Shown: positions 1-10,396 of the stretch, piece by piece
Position numbering within the stretch: the stretch's first letter is position 1
Layout: every line of letters begins with the position of its first letter
Assembly (NCBI GenBank): GCA_964466185.1
Contig: CAYXMS010000003.1
Coordinates: 2,937 to 66,936, forward strand
Length of the DNA stretch: 64,000 bases
Direction of reading: 5' to 3'
Source: an uncultured bacterium
Lineage (GTDB): Bacteria > Chlamydiota > Chlamydiia > Chlamydiales > SM23-39
Made by a program: the position numbers and the translations under genes
Notes under the pieces: generated by a model
What the model saw: the letters and a program-made list of their open reading frames with translations, nothing else
Told to the model about the DNA's origin: nothing
Database searches by the model: none

Positions 1-63
1 AAAAAAGGCTTCATAAAGAAGCAAGAGTTTTTTCAGCTGGAAGGTGCTTTTTTTTTATATGCT

Positions 64-1251
64 TTGAACTTGTGTATTTTTCTTTCTTTAGTTTTTTCAG
101 TTTTCTCTTTTACCTATTTTCAGCTTTTTATGGCTTTTAATTTTTTAATGACAGCAGCTTATTATTCCTTGCTCGTTAGTTTAAAAGATAAAATTTATCA
201 AGTTATGAGAATTGTTTTTGCCGGAATTTTAATCTTGGCTGTTTTTCAGGCAACAGTTGGTATTTGGCAGTATTTTTCACAGCATTCTCTCGGGTTAAGA
301 TTTTTATACGAACCAAAATTTTCTCCAGAACAGTTTAATGTAGCAACCCTGAGTTCTCAAGGTGGCAGACTTTGGCTTTTCGATGCTCTTTTTAATGCTT
401 CGGAAAAAAACCAGCTGATCGCTCGCGCTGTCGGCACCTTGCCGCATGCCAATAATTTCGGCGCTTTTATGTTTTTTACGATTCTGGCCAGTCTTTATTT
501 TTGGTTTTTTACTCGAAAATCAAACAATCGCAAATTAATTACAGTCTTTTTATTTGTGCAGGTTTTTGCTCTTTTTTTAAGTTTCTCCAGAGCGGCTCTT
601 TTTGCTTTAATTTTAAGTACCGGTTTTTTTGTGTTTTATACTCTGCTAAGAGCTTCTTATGCAGAAAAAAAGAAAGTAGCCCAAATAACTGCTTTATTAT
701 TTTTAGCCGTAAGTTTATCGCTTGGTCTGCTTTTTTTTCAGTACCGGCAACGAGGAGGGGTCATAAGTTATGAAGGCAGCGTTAAAAATTCAGATAATAG
801 ACGAATGTATTATAATGAACTGTCTTGGAATATTTTAAAAAAATATCCTTTCTTGGGCATCGGTTTTTTTGCATTCGAAAAAAAACATCCTAATTTTATT
901 TCTCAGGAAATTAAAGATAAATACATAGATAAAACAGTGGGGGGAGTGGTCCATAATATTTATCTTTTAATTGCAACAGAAGAAGGAATTTTTGCTCTTG
1001 TGTTTTTTTTAGGTTTTATTGGTTTTTTAGGTTACCGGTTTTTTAGGCTTCCTTATCTTTTAGAAAGAACGCTTTTATTTAGTTTTTTTCTAGGTATGCT
1101 CTTTATCGGCCTTTGCGATTTTCCTTATATGTATATGCCTCAAGGAAGATTGTTCTTTTTTTTGGTTCCAGGTCTGCTTTCAGCTGTTAATCACGCAAGC
1201 TGTAACGCTCAAAAAAAAACCTTAAAATTCTATAGCATAGCATCTTATTAA
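64..1251 (+). CDS. O-antigen ligase / Wzy_C-family polytopic membrane protein
   Basis: 395-aa ORF with a TTG start as given; the true start is uncertain. It has many hydrophobic spans and the family-typical motifs LSFSRAALFAL and VVHNIYLLIATEEGIFALVFF. Confidence 0.6.
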   Translation: MNLCIFLSLVFSVFSFTYFQLFMAFNFLMTAAYYSLLVSLKDKIYQVMRIVFAGILILAVFQATVGIWQYFSQHSLGLRFLYEPKFSPEQFNVATLSSQGGRLWLFDALFNASEKNQLIARAVGTLPHANNFGAFMFFTILASLYFWFFTRKSNNRKLITVFLFVQVFALFLSFSRAALFALILSTGFFVFYTLLRASYAEKKKVAQITALLFLAVSLSLGLLFFQYRQRGGVISYEGSVKNSDNRRMYYNELSWNILKKYPFLGIGFFAFEKKHPNFISQEIKDKYIDKTVGGVVHNIYLLIATEEGIFALVFFLGFIGFLGYRFFRLPYLLERTLLFSFFLGMLFIGLCDFPYMYMPQGRLFFFLVPGLLSAVNHASCNAQKKTLKFYSIASY

Positions 1252-1294
1252 CAAGAAAATATTAAAAAGTTAAAACTTGAAAAATACAAAAAAA

Positions 1295-1320
1295 CCCAGT
1301 TTTTTTTACTGGGCTTTTTT
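1295..1320 (+). terminator. Rho-independent terminator candidate after the Wzy_C gene
   Basis: cccagt (1295-1300) pairs with actggg (1308-1313) around a 7-nt T loop, followed by a T-run at 1315-1320. The A-run upstream could make it bidirectional. Confidence 0.55.
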
Positions 1321-1363
1321 GTTGATAAATAAATTATTAATTGATCAACTAATCAAGTTTCTA

Positions 1364-1395
1364 AGTCAGCTATTATTAAAAAATAATAGCTGACT
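1364..1395. terminator. Perfect 14-bp inverted-repeat hairpin between convergent genes
   Basis: agtcagctattatt (1364-1377), aaaa loop, aataatagctgact (1382-1395). It lies 16 nt beyond the hppA stop. A T-run occurs only on the + strand (1403-1408). Confidence 0.4.
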
Positions 1396-1410
1396 AGCTA
1401 AATTTTTTGA

Positions 1411-3498
1411 TTAGAACTTTTTCGATAAAATTGCCAATAAAAGTAAAGCTACAATATTGGTAATTTTAATCATCGGATTAATAGCAGGCCCTGCTGTGTC
1501 TTTGTAAGGATCGCCTACAGTATCGCCAGTTATAGCAGCTTTATGCGCTTCTGATCCTTTGCCGCCGTACATGCCACATTCGATCAGTTTTTTAGCATTG
1601 TCCCAGGCTCCCCCTCCTCCGGTCATGGAAATTGCTTGGAAAAGGCCGGTTACTAAAACCCCCAGAAGAATTGCTCCCAAAGTTAGAAAACCAGCTTGCT
1701 CTCCAGCTAAAAAGAAAATGATAAAATAGGAAATAACCGGAGCTAGAACAGGTAAAAGAGATGGAAGCACCATTTCTTTGATAGCCGCTTTAGTCAGTAT
1801 GTCGACTGCCTTTTCATAATTGGGCTGGTCTGTGCCTTTCATTATGCCGGGTAAAGCTTTAAATTGTCTGCGGACTTCTTCTACAATAGCTCCTGCGGCT
1901 TTTCCTACCGACTGAATGCTCATAGAACTGAATAGATAAGGTAGCAGCCCCCCAATTAATAGCCCTACCAAGACATAAGTATCTTGTAAGAAGAACTTGG
2001 TATGTAAATGAGGGAAATAGTCTTGTAGATCTTCAATAAAAGCTGCAAATAGTACAAGCGCCGCAAAAGCAGCAGAGGCTATGGCATAGCCCTTTGTTAC
2101 CGCTTTAGTAGTATTGCCAACAGAATCTAGTTGGTCGGTAATTTTCCTGACCTCTTCAGGCTGTTTGCTCATTTCTGCAATTCCTCCGGCATTGTCAGTT
2201 ACAGGTCCATAGGCATCTAACGCTATTACCATGCCAGCTAATGCCAGCATCGAAGAGGCGGCTATGGCAACACCATATAGCTCGGCATTCAAATAGGCTG
2301 CTAAAATGCCAATAGCTATTAAAATCACAGGCATGCCTGTGGATTCCAAAGAAATAGCAAGTCCTTGAATAATATTAGTGCCATGCCCTGTGATTGATGC
2401 CTTGGCAATGGATCTGACAGGACGATATTTGGTAGCTGTATAATATTCCGTGATCCACATTAAAAGACCGGTAACAATAATACCGATTAAAGCACAAATA
2501 AACAGGTTATAACCATCAAATGTGCTTTGGTCAATAGTCGCTTTTTCTCCATGGAAACCAATAGTATAATTAATGGCTAGCCCAATAAAAAGAGCCGATA
2601 AAATGCCGCTGGCAATCAACCCTTTGTAAAGAGCTCCTATAATGTTTTTCTTTTTTCCCAGACGTACAAAAAAAGTGCCTAAGATTGAAGCTAGAATACA
2701 AACTGCCCCAATAATTAAAGGCAGCAAAATTAAATTGGTTTGCATAATGCCGGTAAAATAAATAGATCCTAAAAGCATAGTACCGACTAAGGTGACAACA
2801 TAAGTTTCAAAAAGATCAGCGGCCATGCCGGCACAGTCGCCGACATTATCGCCGACGTTGTCAGCTATTACTGCAGGATTGCGGGGATCGTCTTCAGGAA
2901 TTCCCGCTTCGATTTTTCCTACCAGGTCTGCTCCTACATCAGCTCCCTTTGTGAATATGCCGCCGCCAAGTCTGGCAAAAATGGAAATCAGAGAAGCTCC
3001 GAAACTAAGCGCTACTAAAGCTTCTAAAATCTGTTTGGTAGGAACACTGTAATGCTCTAGAATTATATAATAAAGGGTTATTCCTAAAAGAGCGAGTCCC
3101 ACTACTAAAAGACCGGTTATAGCCCCGGAACGGAAAGCCATATTTAAGCCTTTCGCTAAAGAGCTCTTGGCAGCTTCTGCTGTTCTAACATTGCCTCTGA
3201 CAGAAATATTCATGCCGATAAAACCGGCTGCTCCGGAAAGAATGGCTCCAATAGCAAAGCCTCCTCCGACAAAAGGGCCTAAAAGCCAGGTTAAAAGTAC
3301 CAAAATAACCAGGCCTACGAAAAAAATAACTTTGTATTGTCTTTTTAAATAAGCATCAGCTCCTTTTTGGATAGCTTTGGCAATCTTTTGCATTTCTTGA
3401 TTGCCAGCCGGCGCTGAAAGTACTAGGCGGATAGAGATCAGACCATATATAAGGGCCGCAAATCCCGCTAAAATAATAAAACTATACGTGTTTATCAT
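1411..3498 (-). CDS. hppA: Membrane-bound proton-translocating pyrophosphatase, K+-independent type
   Basis: 695 aa and polytopic. Hallmark motifs are [21 protein letters not shown] and [31 protein letters not shown] (Lys/Thr rather than Ala/Gly) is the K+-independent signature. Confidence 0.95.
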   Translation of the reverse strand: MINTYSFIILAGFAALIYGLISIRLVLSAPAGNQEMQKIAKAIQKGADAYLKRQYKVIFFVGLVILVLLTWLLGPFVGGGFAIGAILSGAAGFIGMNISVRGNVRTAEAAKSSLAKGLNMAFRSGAITGLLVVGLALLGITLYYIILEHYSVPTKQILEALVALSFGASLISIFARLGGGIFTKGADVGADLVGKIEAGIPEDDPRNPAVIADNVGDNVGDCAGMAADLFETYVVTLVGTMLLGSIYFTGIMQTNLILLPLIIGAVCILASILGTFFVRLGKKKNIIGALYKGLIASGILSALFIGLAINYTIGFHGEKATIDQSTFDGYNLFICALIGIIVTGLLMWITEYYTATKYRPVRSIAKASITGHGTNIIQGLAISLESTGMPVILIAIGILAAYLNAELYGVAIAASSMLALAGMVIALDAYGPVTDNAGGIAEMSKQPEEVRKITDQLDSVGNTTKAVTKGYAIASAAFAALVLFAAFIEDLQDYFPHLHTKFFLQDTYVLVGLLIGGLLPYLFSSMSIQSVGKAAGAIVEEVRRQFKALPGIMKGTDQPNYEKAVDILTKAAIKEMVLPSLLPVLAPVISYFIIFFLAGEQAGFLTLGAILLGVLVTGLFQAISMTGGGGAWDNAKKLIECGMYGGKGSEAHKAAITGDTVGDPYKDTAGPAINPMIKITNIVALLLLAILSKKF

Positions 3499-3674
3499 AC
3501 TCTTCCTTTTAGATTTGATTTAATTTTTTAAGTCTTTAAAAAAGTATAGCGGTCTAAGTTTTTTTCTTCATTTAAATTTTTCTAGATGAATATTTGAATA
3601 TTTTTTTAAAATTTTAAAAGTTATAAAGAAAAAATTATAAAAATCCTTAAATCAAAATTTATCAGCAATAGCGT

Positions 3675-3715
3675 AAAACCTCTGGTTTTAGTTATGGCGA
3701 GTATGTCAATAAACT
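3675..3715 (+). repeat. Dispersed hairpin element copy (provisional family, see findings)
   Basis: aaaacctctggttttagttatggcgagtatgtcaataaact, reading KTSGFSYGEYVN. It shares the aaaacct...tttag head with 37267-37303 and the gtcaat tail with other copies. Confidence 0.45.
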
Positions 3716-3841
3716 AATCATTTTAAACAGAAGACTACAGCTCTTATATGGTTTTTCTAAACCTACTATTAATTTGCATATTGTGAGATCCAGAACTTTC
3801 GTATCTTAGTTCGAGATATTGCTTATGCATAAATCTTTTTT

Positions 3842-4777
3842 TTAAAAATTACAGAAACTGCCTTGATAAGTTTTTCTTTTAGTGAATTCCTGCAGTATAC
3901 ATTGTAAAAATTTTTCTTTATTATCTTTCATCCATAAGGGATGAACAATATCCAGAGGATGGCCATTTCTGGAAGAAACCCTATGTATAATAGTTTTTGG
4001 GGAAAGCCTTTGTACAAAATCGCAAACTAATGTTACTGATTCCGCAAAAGACGGGCTCTTCCACAGACCTTTTAGAAAAATTTTTTCTAGAGCTGTATTT
4101 TTTAAGGCAGCTAAAAGATGTATTTTAACACCTTCTATCTCAAGCTCTGCTAATTTGTCAGCTGTAGCTAACATTTCTTGTTTTGATTCCCCAGGTAAAT
4201 TTAAAATGATATGGGCACAGTGGTGTAAATTATATTTTTTAGTCAGTTCTATAGCTTTTAAAAAATCTGTTAAGCATTCCTGCCGGTTAATGAATTTTAA
4301 AGTTTTATCATGGATAGTCTGCAGACCATATTCAATGCAGACATAATCTACTTTTTGCTTGTAGGAAGCTATGAGTTTTATTTTCTCTTCATCTATACAG
4401 TCAGAGCGGGTAGCAATGGAAATGCCGACAATATCAGGATGAGCTGAAAGAGCTTCGTCATAGCGTTTTTTTAAAGTTTCTAAAGAGGCGTGCGTATTGG
4501 TAAAGGATTGGAAATAGACGATGAATTTTTTAGCTTTATATCTGCTTTTTCTGATTTTGATATTGTTTCTTACCTGTTCTTTGATTGGAGTCAAAAGTTT
4601 GTTGGTACGGGAAGAGGCGCCTTTAGATTCACAAAAAATACAGCCCGCCAAGCTTTTGCTGCCATCTCGATTGGGACAGCTAAAACCACCATCTATAGAA
4701 ACTTTATAGACCTTTGTTTTAAATAGCTTTTGCATATAATCATTATAGCTAAAATAAGGCAGGGATTGCTTTTTCAT
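3842..4777 (-). CDS. Radical SAM protein, TIGR01212 (YhcC-like) family
   Basis: 311 aa. The N-terminal segment VSIDGGFSCPNRDGSKSLAGCIFCES and the overall layout are typical of this family. Confidence 0.85.
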   Translation of the reverse strand: MKKQSLPYFSYNDYMQKLFKTKVYKVSIDGGFSCPNRDGSKSLAGCIFCESKGASSRTNKLLTPIKEQVRNNIKIRKSRYKAKKFIVYFQSFTNTHASLETLKKRYDEALSAHPDIVGISIATRSDCIDEEKIKLIASYKQKVDYVCIEYGLQTIHDKTLKFINRQECLTDFLKAIELTKKYNLHHCAHIILNLPGESKQEMLATADKLAELEIEGVKIHLLAALKNTALEKIFLKGLWKSPSFAESVTLVCDFVQRLSPKTIIHRVSSRNGHPLDIVHPLWMKDNKEKFLQCILQEFTKRKTYQGSFCNF

Positions 4778-4816
4778 TTTGTGTAAGTTATTATTTTATC
4801 AAAAGGTTTTAAATAT

Positions 4817-5755
4817 ATGCCTTCATTTGTCCGCAAACTGTTTTGTCTGCGTTATTTTACTTTAATTGGCTCTGTCGGCTTATTTGTAGCTCTAGTATAC
4901 CTTAAATATCCGCTTTTTCTAGATAAAATTCATGAAGAGTTCGGTTATTTTCATGCCCATGTAAATAAAAAAGAGCTTAATACTGCCAACTATAAATTTT
5001 CTTATGTAGAACGAGGAGACGGACAGGCTATTTTGTTTGTCCATGGTTTTCGCAGCGATAAGAATAATTGGCTTGGATATATACGTAAATTAGGAGGGGG
5101 ATATAAATATGTAGCTCTAGATTTGCCGTACCATGGAAGTACTGTTGTCAAACGAAAGGTCGAGTTTAACATTAAAAATATGACAGCTGCTTTAGATGAA
5201 TTTATAAAGGCTAAAAAATTAAATAACTTTTATATGGTAAGTACTTCTTTGGGAGCAGGCTTTGCTTTAGAATATGCCCGTCATAATCCGGATAAAGTAT
5301 TGAAAATTGTTTTAATCAATCCTTTTGCTTTAAAACCTTCTAGCAAGGAAAAATTGCGCGCTGTGGTAGAAAAAAATAAAAAAGTGTTTTCTCCTGATAC
5401 GTTGGAACAGCTGGATTATTTGTTTGTTTCTATGAAAGGCTTTCCTTTGCAGGTGCCTTCAAATATCAAGAATTATATTTTGGAAAAGATCAGAGCGACT
5501 AATGCACAGGGTAAAAAAATGTTAGAAGAAGTATCTTGCAGCGAAGGACTGGAAAAATATCTTCCCCGAATTAGAATACCAGTTTTAATTTTGCAAGGCA
5601 GTAAAGATCAGGTGATTAATTTCAAAGATAAACACGTTTATAAAAAATTGCTGCCTAATTTAAAATATGTAGAAATCAAAGGCGGCCATCATATTTTTTA
5701 TAAAAAAAGTTTAAGAAAAGCTGTTTTGGAGATTAAAAAGTTTTTAGCAGATTAA
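4817..5755 (+). CDS. Alpha/beta-fold hydrolase with N-terminal membrane anchor
   Basis: 312 aa. It has an HG oxyanion motif (FVHGFRSD), the nucleophile elbow VSTSLGAGFA, a C-terminal GGHH and an N-terminal hydrophobic segment. Confidence 0.8.
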   Translation: MPSFVRKLFCLRYFTLIGSVGLFVALVYLKYPLFLDKIHEEFGYFHAHVNKKELNTANYKFSYVERGDGQAILFVHGFRSDKNNWLGYIRKLGGGYKYVALDLPYHGSTVVKRKVEFNIKNMTAALDEFIKAKKLNNFYMVSTSLGAGFALEYARHNPDKVLKIVLINPFALKPSSKEKLRAVVEKNKKVFSPDTLEQLDYLFVSMKGFPLQVPSNIKNYILEKIRATNAQGKKMLEEVSCSEGLEKYLPRIRIPVLILQGSKDQVINFKDKHVYKKLLPNLKYVEIKGGHHIFYKKSLRKAVLEIKKFLAD

Positions 5756-5764
5756 AGTTTAAAA

Positions 5765-6040
5765 TTAAGGACGCTTTTTGACTTTGGCTTGTTCTTTTTT
5801 AGTGCTGGATATAATTTGCTTGAAAATTGCTTTTAAATAATCAGAAGGAAATTTTTCTAAAATTTCTTTTTCCCTTTTTCTGTCGGTAATGTGTTTTTTA
5901 TAAGCCAAGGCTTGTAAGGCTAAAAATAGCCGTTTGTTTAAAAGAGAAATTAGCTCTTTATTAACGCCATCTATTTTTTGGCGGATTTGATCAAGCTTTT
6001 CAGCCGTATCTTGAGCTTTGTTTTTGCTTTTAGTTTTCAT
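5765..6040 (-). CDS. Small AroQ-type (type II) chorismate mutase-like protein
   Basis: 91 aa. LDQIRQKIDGVNKELISLLNKRLFLALQALAYKK...TDRKREKEILEKF aligns by eye with the E. coli CM domain, including the Arg11, Arg28, Lys39 and Asp48/Glu52 equivalents. Confidence 0.6.
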   Translation of the reverse strand: MKTKSKNKAQDTAEKLDQIRQKIDGVNKELISLLNKRLFLALQALAYKKHITDRKREKEILEKFPSDYLKAIFKQIISSTKKEQAKVKKRP

Positions 6041-6078
6041 GTTGTTTTGTTCCTTTTCGGTTGTTTTTTTTCGACTAA

Positions 6079-7323
6079 TTAAGAGCTTTGAGTAGTTTTT
6101 TCTATTAAATAAAGCTGATCATTGCGGCGTACTTTTTTTCCTACTAATATAGCAGCCTTTTCGCCTTTTTGAGCAGACAGAACCGGTCCGTTAGTATGCA
6201 AAGATAGAACTTTCATTTTGAGTAAGCCTGTAGTCGGTCCTGTAATATAGACTTCCTGGCCGATTTTTAAAGAACCGGCTTCCAATAAAAACTCGGCCAC
6301 TTTTAAATTGGAAAAATATTTAACCGCTTTTCCCAGGTATGTTTTTTTTTGCGAAGCTTTAGAACCTGAAACATTAGACCACTGCTTTGTTTCTTGGCCT
6401 AAATAATAACCGCCTTCCCAAAAACCGCGGTTGTAGACTTTTTCTAAATCGGACTTGAGCTTTTTGATTTTTTCTAGACTATATTTATTTCTCAGCAGGC
6501 AGATTAAAGCTTCTTTATAGGTTTTAGTGACTTGCCAGACATAATCAGCAGAACGGGCCCTGCCTTCAATTTTTAAAATTGAAACTCCGCTTTTCACTAT
6601 TTTGTCCAACAGACCAATCGTGCATAGATCTTTAGGAGACATGACATATTTATTATCTATGACCAGTTCCTTTTGAGTATTTTCATCGATAATTTTATAT
6701 TTTCTGCGGCATGGCTGCAGACATTGGCCCCGATTGGCTGATTTGTTGTAAAGAGCCAAACTCATATAACATCTGCCGGAAATCGCTATGCATAAAGCGC
6801 CATGTATAAAAATTTCTATTTTTACTAAATTGCCGCTGGGTCCTTTGATTTTTTCTTTTTCAATACCCTGGATTATGTCGGTAATTTGCTGCAGGGTCAG
6901 TTCTCTGGCTAAAACAATAGTATCAGCATACCCGGCAAAAAACCTAACCGCTTCTAAATTACCAACATTGGCCTGTGTAGAGACATGGGCGCTGATTTTG
7001 ATTTTTTTTAGATACTCTAAAACTGCCATGTCGCTGGCAATAATAGCATCAACCCCGCAGCTCTTAGCAGCATCAGCTGATTTTTTGAATAAAGCTATAT
7101 CTCGATCATAAATTAAACTGTTTAAAGTCAGATAGCTTTTGATGTTATGCTTTTTGCAAAGCGCTATGCATTTAGGTAGGTTTTCCAGGTTAAAATTATG
7201 ACCTGCCAAAGTACGCATATTTAACTCGTCCAAGCCGAAATAAATGCTGTCTGCTCCGGCATCAATAGCAGCTTTTAAAGCAGCAAAAGATCCAGCCGGA
7301 GAAAGAAGCTCAGGAATTTTCAT
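6079..7323 (-). CDS. Peptidase U32 family protein (YrrO/TrhP-like size class)
   Basis: 414 aa. N-terminal ELLSPAGSFAALKAAIDAGADSIYFG and the Cys motif HGALCIAISGRCYMS...SANRGQCLQPCRRKY are both typical of U32. Confidence 0.9.
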   Translation of the reverse strand: MKIPELLSPAGSFAALKAAIDAGADSIYFGLDELNMRTLAGHNFNLENLPKCIALCKKHNIKSYLTLNSLIYDRDIALFKKSADAAKSCGVDAIIASDMAVLEYLKKIKISAHVSTQANVGNLEAVRFFAGYADTIVLARELTLQQITDIIQGIEKEKIKGPSGNLVKIEIFIHGALCIAISGRCYMSLALYNKSANRGQCLQPCRRKYKIIDENTQKELVIDNKYVMSPKDLCTIGLLDKIVKSGVSILKIEGRARSADYVWQVTKTYKEALICLLRNKYSLEKIKKLKSDLEKVYNRGFWEGGYYLGQETKQWSNVSGSKASQKKTYLGKAVKYFSNLKVAEFLLEAGSLKIGQEVYITGPTTGLLKMKVLSLHTNGPVLSAQKGEKAAILVGKKVRRNDQLYLIEKTTQSS

Positions 7324-7489
7324 AAAAACCTTTTTGGTTTTAGAAATTTTTAAATTAAAAGTAAAAAAATTATACTAAAATCAATGATTTTAACTAAGGT
7401 TTAAAATTAAATTAATAATTTTAATATAGAGAACATAGAAATATATGCTGCCAAATTCTACGTTTGCCAGATAGGATTATTCGAAAAAA

Positions 7490-8179
7490 TTATCTGATTT
7501 GACAGCTTAATATTTTATTTTCCAATTTTTTCTTTAAATCTAAAAATTCATTGTCGGAAAAAGTTTTAAAATCTTTTAACTCCGAGTTTAAAGGATTTTC
7601 ATTTATGTATTTTTGCAGGGAATATAAAGGCGCGTTTGGTATTAAATCCGCCATTTTTTCTACATCTTTTATAGTATGCAGACCTTTGACTAAAGTAGAG
7701 CGGAATTCTTTTTTTATTTTAGAATCTAAAATCAAAAAAATGCTTTTTAGAATTTTTTTAGTATCTACTTTAACTCCAGTTATTTTGGCATAATTTTTTA
7801 AAGGGGATTTTAAATCCATAGCAATATAGTCGATAAGGTTTTGCTGAATTATTTTTTTGAGCATTGCCGGATTAGTGCCGCAAGTGTCCAGTTTGATTAA
7901 AAAATCCAGTTTTCTGATTTTTTCTAAAAACTCAGGCAGGTCTTTTTGCCAAGTCGGCTCTCCTCCGGTTATAACAACTGCATCTAATTTGCCTTGGCGT
8001 TTTTTTAAAAAAGCTAAAATCTTTTCTTCGTCAATTAAAGGTCCGTAAGCCGATGGTATAACCAAGCTTTGATTGTGGCAAAACTGACACCTGAAAGGAC
8101 AGCCGCGAGTAAAAATCACGGCTGCCAATTTATCAGGATAGTCTATTAAGGAAAATTTTTGCCAGCCCCCGATTAGCAT
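7490..8179 (-). CDS. nrdG: Anaerobic ribonucleotide reductase activating protein (radical SAM)
   Basis: 229 aa with the CPFRCQFCHN cluster motif and GGEPT. It overlaps the nrdD stop by 7 nt. Confidence 0.9.
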   Translation of the reverse strand: MLIGGWQKFSLIDYPDKLAAVIFTRGCPFRCQFCHNQSLVIPSAYGPLIDEEKILAFLKKRQGKLDAVVITGGEPTWQKDLPEFLEKIRKLDFLIKLDTCGTNPAMLKKIIQQNLIDYIAMDLKSPLKNYAKITGVKVDTKKILKSIFLILDSKIKKEFRSTLVKGLHTIKDVEKMADLIPNAPLYSLQKYINENPLNSELKDFKTFSDNEFLDLKKKLENKILSCQIR

Positions 8180-10308
8180 ACCGCAGCCTTTTTATTTTCA
8201 AACTCCATTTGATAATTTTTTCTTATATTAAATTCAGCCTGTTTTCCAGCGTTCCATTGTTGTACGGGGCGTAGATAACCAGTGACTCTGGAATAAATCT
8301 CACAGTCTTTGGCACAGGTAGGGCAGATTGGATGCTCTCCTGATATATAACCATGTTCTGGACAAATGCTAAAAGTAGGCGTGATGGAAATATAAGGCAG
8401 GGAATAGCCGCTGAAAACTTTTTTGATTAGGTTTTTTACATTTTGTCCGCTATGGATTTTCTCTCCAATATAACTATGCAGAACAGTGCCGCCTGTATAT
8501 TTGGTTTGTAAAGCATCCTGGTGTTCTAAAGCTTCAAATAGATCATCAGTATAATTAACCGGCAGAAGCGAAGAGTTGGTATAAAAAGGTTGCCCTCCTT
8601 GTGAATAGCTTTCTTCATTTGCCGAAATAATATCCGGATGTTTTTTCTTGTCTAAAAGCGCTAGCCTAAAGGCAGTGCCTTCAGCTGGCGTAGCTTCTAA
8701 ATTGTAATTGTTGCTGGTTTCTTCTTGGAATTTGGTTAGCCTGTCTCGCATAAAGTCTAAAACTTCTAAAGAAAAAGCTTTTCCATTAGATGAAGCTATA
8801 TTTTCTTTTAAAAGATTTAAACAGGCTTCGTTCATGCCTAAGATGCCGATAGTAGAAAAATGGTTTTTCCAATAGCAGTTAAACCGCTGTTTAATATCCC
8901 TTAAATAAAACTTGGAGTAAGGATACAGCCCAGCTTCCGTCAGTCTTTCTATGACTTTTCTTTTAACTTCCAAACTATGTTTGGCCAGATCCATAAGCTC
9001 GGCTAATTGGTCAAAAAACTCTTTTTTGTTTTTGGCTAAATAACCAAGCCTTGGCAAATTAATAGTTACCACGCCAATAGAGCCGGTTAAAGGATTTGCT
9101 CCAAAAAGCCCCCCTCCCTTGTGCGCTAGCGATCGGGTGTCCAACCGCAGCCTGCAGCACATGGATCTGGCATCTTCAGGACTAAGTTCTGAATTAATAA
9201 AATTGGCAAAATAGGGGATCCCGTATTTGCCTGTTACGCCCCAGAGAAGATCGTGTTTAGGATTGTCCCAGTCAAAATCTTTGGTAATATTATAAGTAGG
9301 AATCGGAAAGGTGAAAACGCGGCCTTTGGCATCGCCTTCAATCAGGACCTCTAAAAAGGCGCGATTAAACAAATCTAGTTCTTTTTGAAATTCTTTATAG
9401 GTTTCTTTTTGGTTTTTGCCGCCGATGACTACAGGTACGTCGGCTAAAATAGAAGAAGGCGTTAAATCTAAGGTAATATTGGTAAAAGGAGTTTGAAAGC
9501 CAACCCTGGTCGGTACATTGATATTAAAAATAAATTCTTGCATGGCCTGTTTAATCTGCTGATAATTTAAATTGTCATAACGGATAAAAGGAGCCAAAAG
9601 AGTGTCAAAAGAGGAAAAAGCTTGGGCTCCTGCAGCTTCGCCTTGCAAAGTATAAAAAAAATTAACCGCTTGACCCAGCGCTGTTCTGAAATGTTTGGGA
9701 GGCTTGCTTTGCACTTTTCCAGCGACCCCTGTAAAACCGGAAACTAAAAGATCTTTTAAGTCCCAGCCAACACAATAAGAGGATAAAACTCCCAGATCAT
9801 GCAAATGTATGTCCCCTTCCTGATGAGCTTTTTTGATTTTGGAATTGTAGATCTTATTTAGCCAATAAATTTTATCAGTTTCCGATGAGATATAATTTTG
9901 CAAACCCTGTAAAGAATAGGACATGTTGGAGTTTTCTTTGACTTGCCAATCCAATTTGTCCAAATATTGGTCTATCAAGACTACTCCTGCTTGATTGGCT
10001 ATTTCTCTTAAATGAGCATGATGGTCGCGATATATAATGTAGGCTTTGGCAGTTTTTTTAAATGCAGAAGACAGTAAAACCTCTTCTACAATATTTTGTA
10101 TTTCTTCAACGGTTGGAATTTCTTCTGTTGCCGTTTGTTCCAATAATTGAATCACTTTTAATGTTAAAGTTCTGGCAGCCTTTTCGTTAATCTCTTCAGT
10201 TTCTTTGCCCGCATTGATAAGGGCTTTGGTGATTTTTTGGGGATTAAAAGCCACTGTTTGCCCCGTTCTTTTTTTGATTTTTTCAATTTTACAGTTAGAT
10301 TTTTTCAT
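8173..10308 (-). CDS. nrdD: Anaerobic ribonucleoside-triphosphate reductase (class III)
   Basis: 711 aa. It has an N-terminal ATP-cone (KIKKRTGQTVAFNPQKITKAL). The C-terminal Zn site CPEHG...CPICPTC is followed by the glycyl-radical motif SRVTGYLRPV. Confidence 0.95.
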   Translation of the reverse strand: MKKSNCKIEKIKKRTGQTVAFNPQKITKALINAGKETEEINEKAARTLTLKVIQLLEQTATEEIPTVEEIQNIVEEVLLSSAFKKTAKAYIIYRDHHAHLREIANQAGVVLIDQYLDKLDWQVKENSNMSYSLQGLQNYISSETDKIYWLNKIYNSKIKKAHQEGDIHLHDLGVLSSYCVGWDLKDLLVSGFTGVAGKVQSKPPKHFRTALGQAVNFFYTLQGEAAGAQAFSSFDTLLAPFIRYDNLNYQQIKQAMQEFIFNINVPTRVGFQTPFTNITLDLTPSSILADVPVVIGGKNQKETYKEFQKELDLFNRAFLEVLIEGDAKGRVFTFPIPTYNITKDFDWDNPKHDLLWGVTGKYGIPYFANFINSELSPEDARSMCCRLRLDTRSLAHKGGGLFGANPLTGSIGVVTINLPRLGYLAKNKKEFFDQLAELMDLAKHSLEVKRKVIERLTEAGLYPYSKFYLRDIKQRFNCYWKNHFSTIGILGMNEACLNLLKENIASSNGKAFSLEVLDFMRDRLTKFQEETSNNYNLEATPAEGTAFRLALLDKKKHPDIISANEESYSQGGQPFYTNSSLLPVNYTDDLFEALEHQDALQTKYTGGTVLHSYIGEKIHSGQNVKNLIKKVFSGYSLPYISITPTFSICPEHGYISGEHPICPTCAKDCEIYSRVTGYLRPVQQWNAGKQAEFNIRKNYQMEFENKKAAVC

Positions 10309-10363
10309 GGCTTTTGCTCCTCTTTTTAAAGATACTATTAATAGATTGCTCTAGTAACATTAG

Positions 10364-10379
10364 ATACTATATATGGTAT
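10364..10379. promoter_or_regulatory. NrdR-box-like palindrome, proximal
   Basis: atactatatatggtat compared with the remembered NrdR-box consensus acaCwAtATaTwGtgt. It lies 56 nt upstream of the nrdD start. Confidence 0.6.
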
Positions 10380-10396
10380 CCATGCTACTTTCTTTA

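Noticed and set aside
7324-7343. aaaaacctttttggttttag resembles the head of the 3675 copy (aaaacctctggttttag).
   Set aside because: It lies immediately upstream of the U32 start, overlaps its RBS on the other strand and has no hairpin or tail. The match is probably chance in AT-rich sequence. The similar string at 51316-51345 overlaps the ligA RBS.
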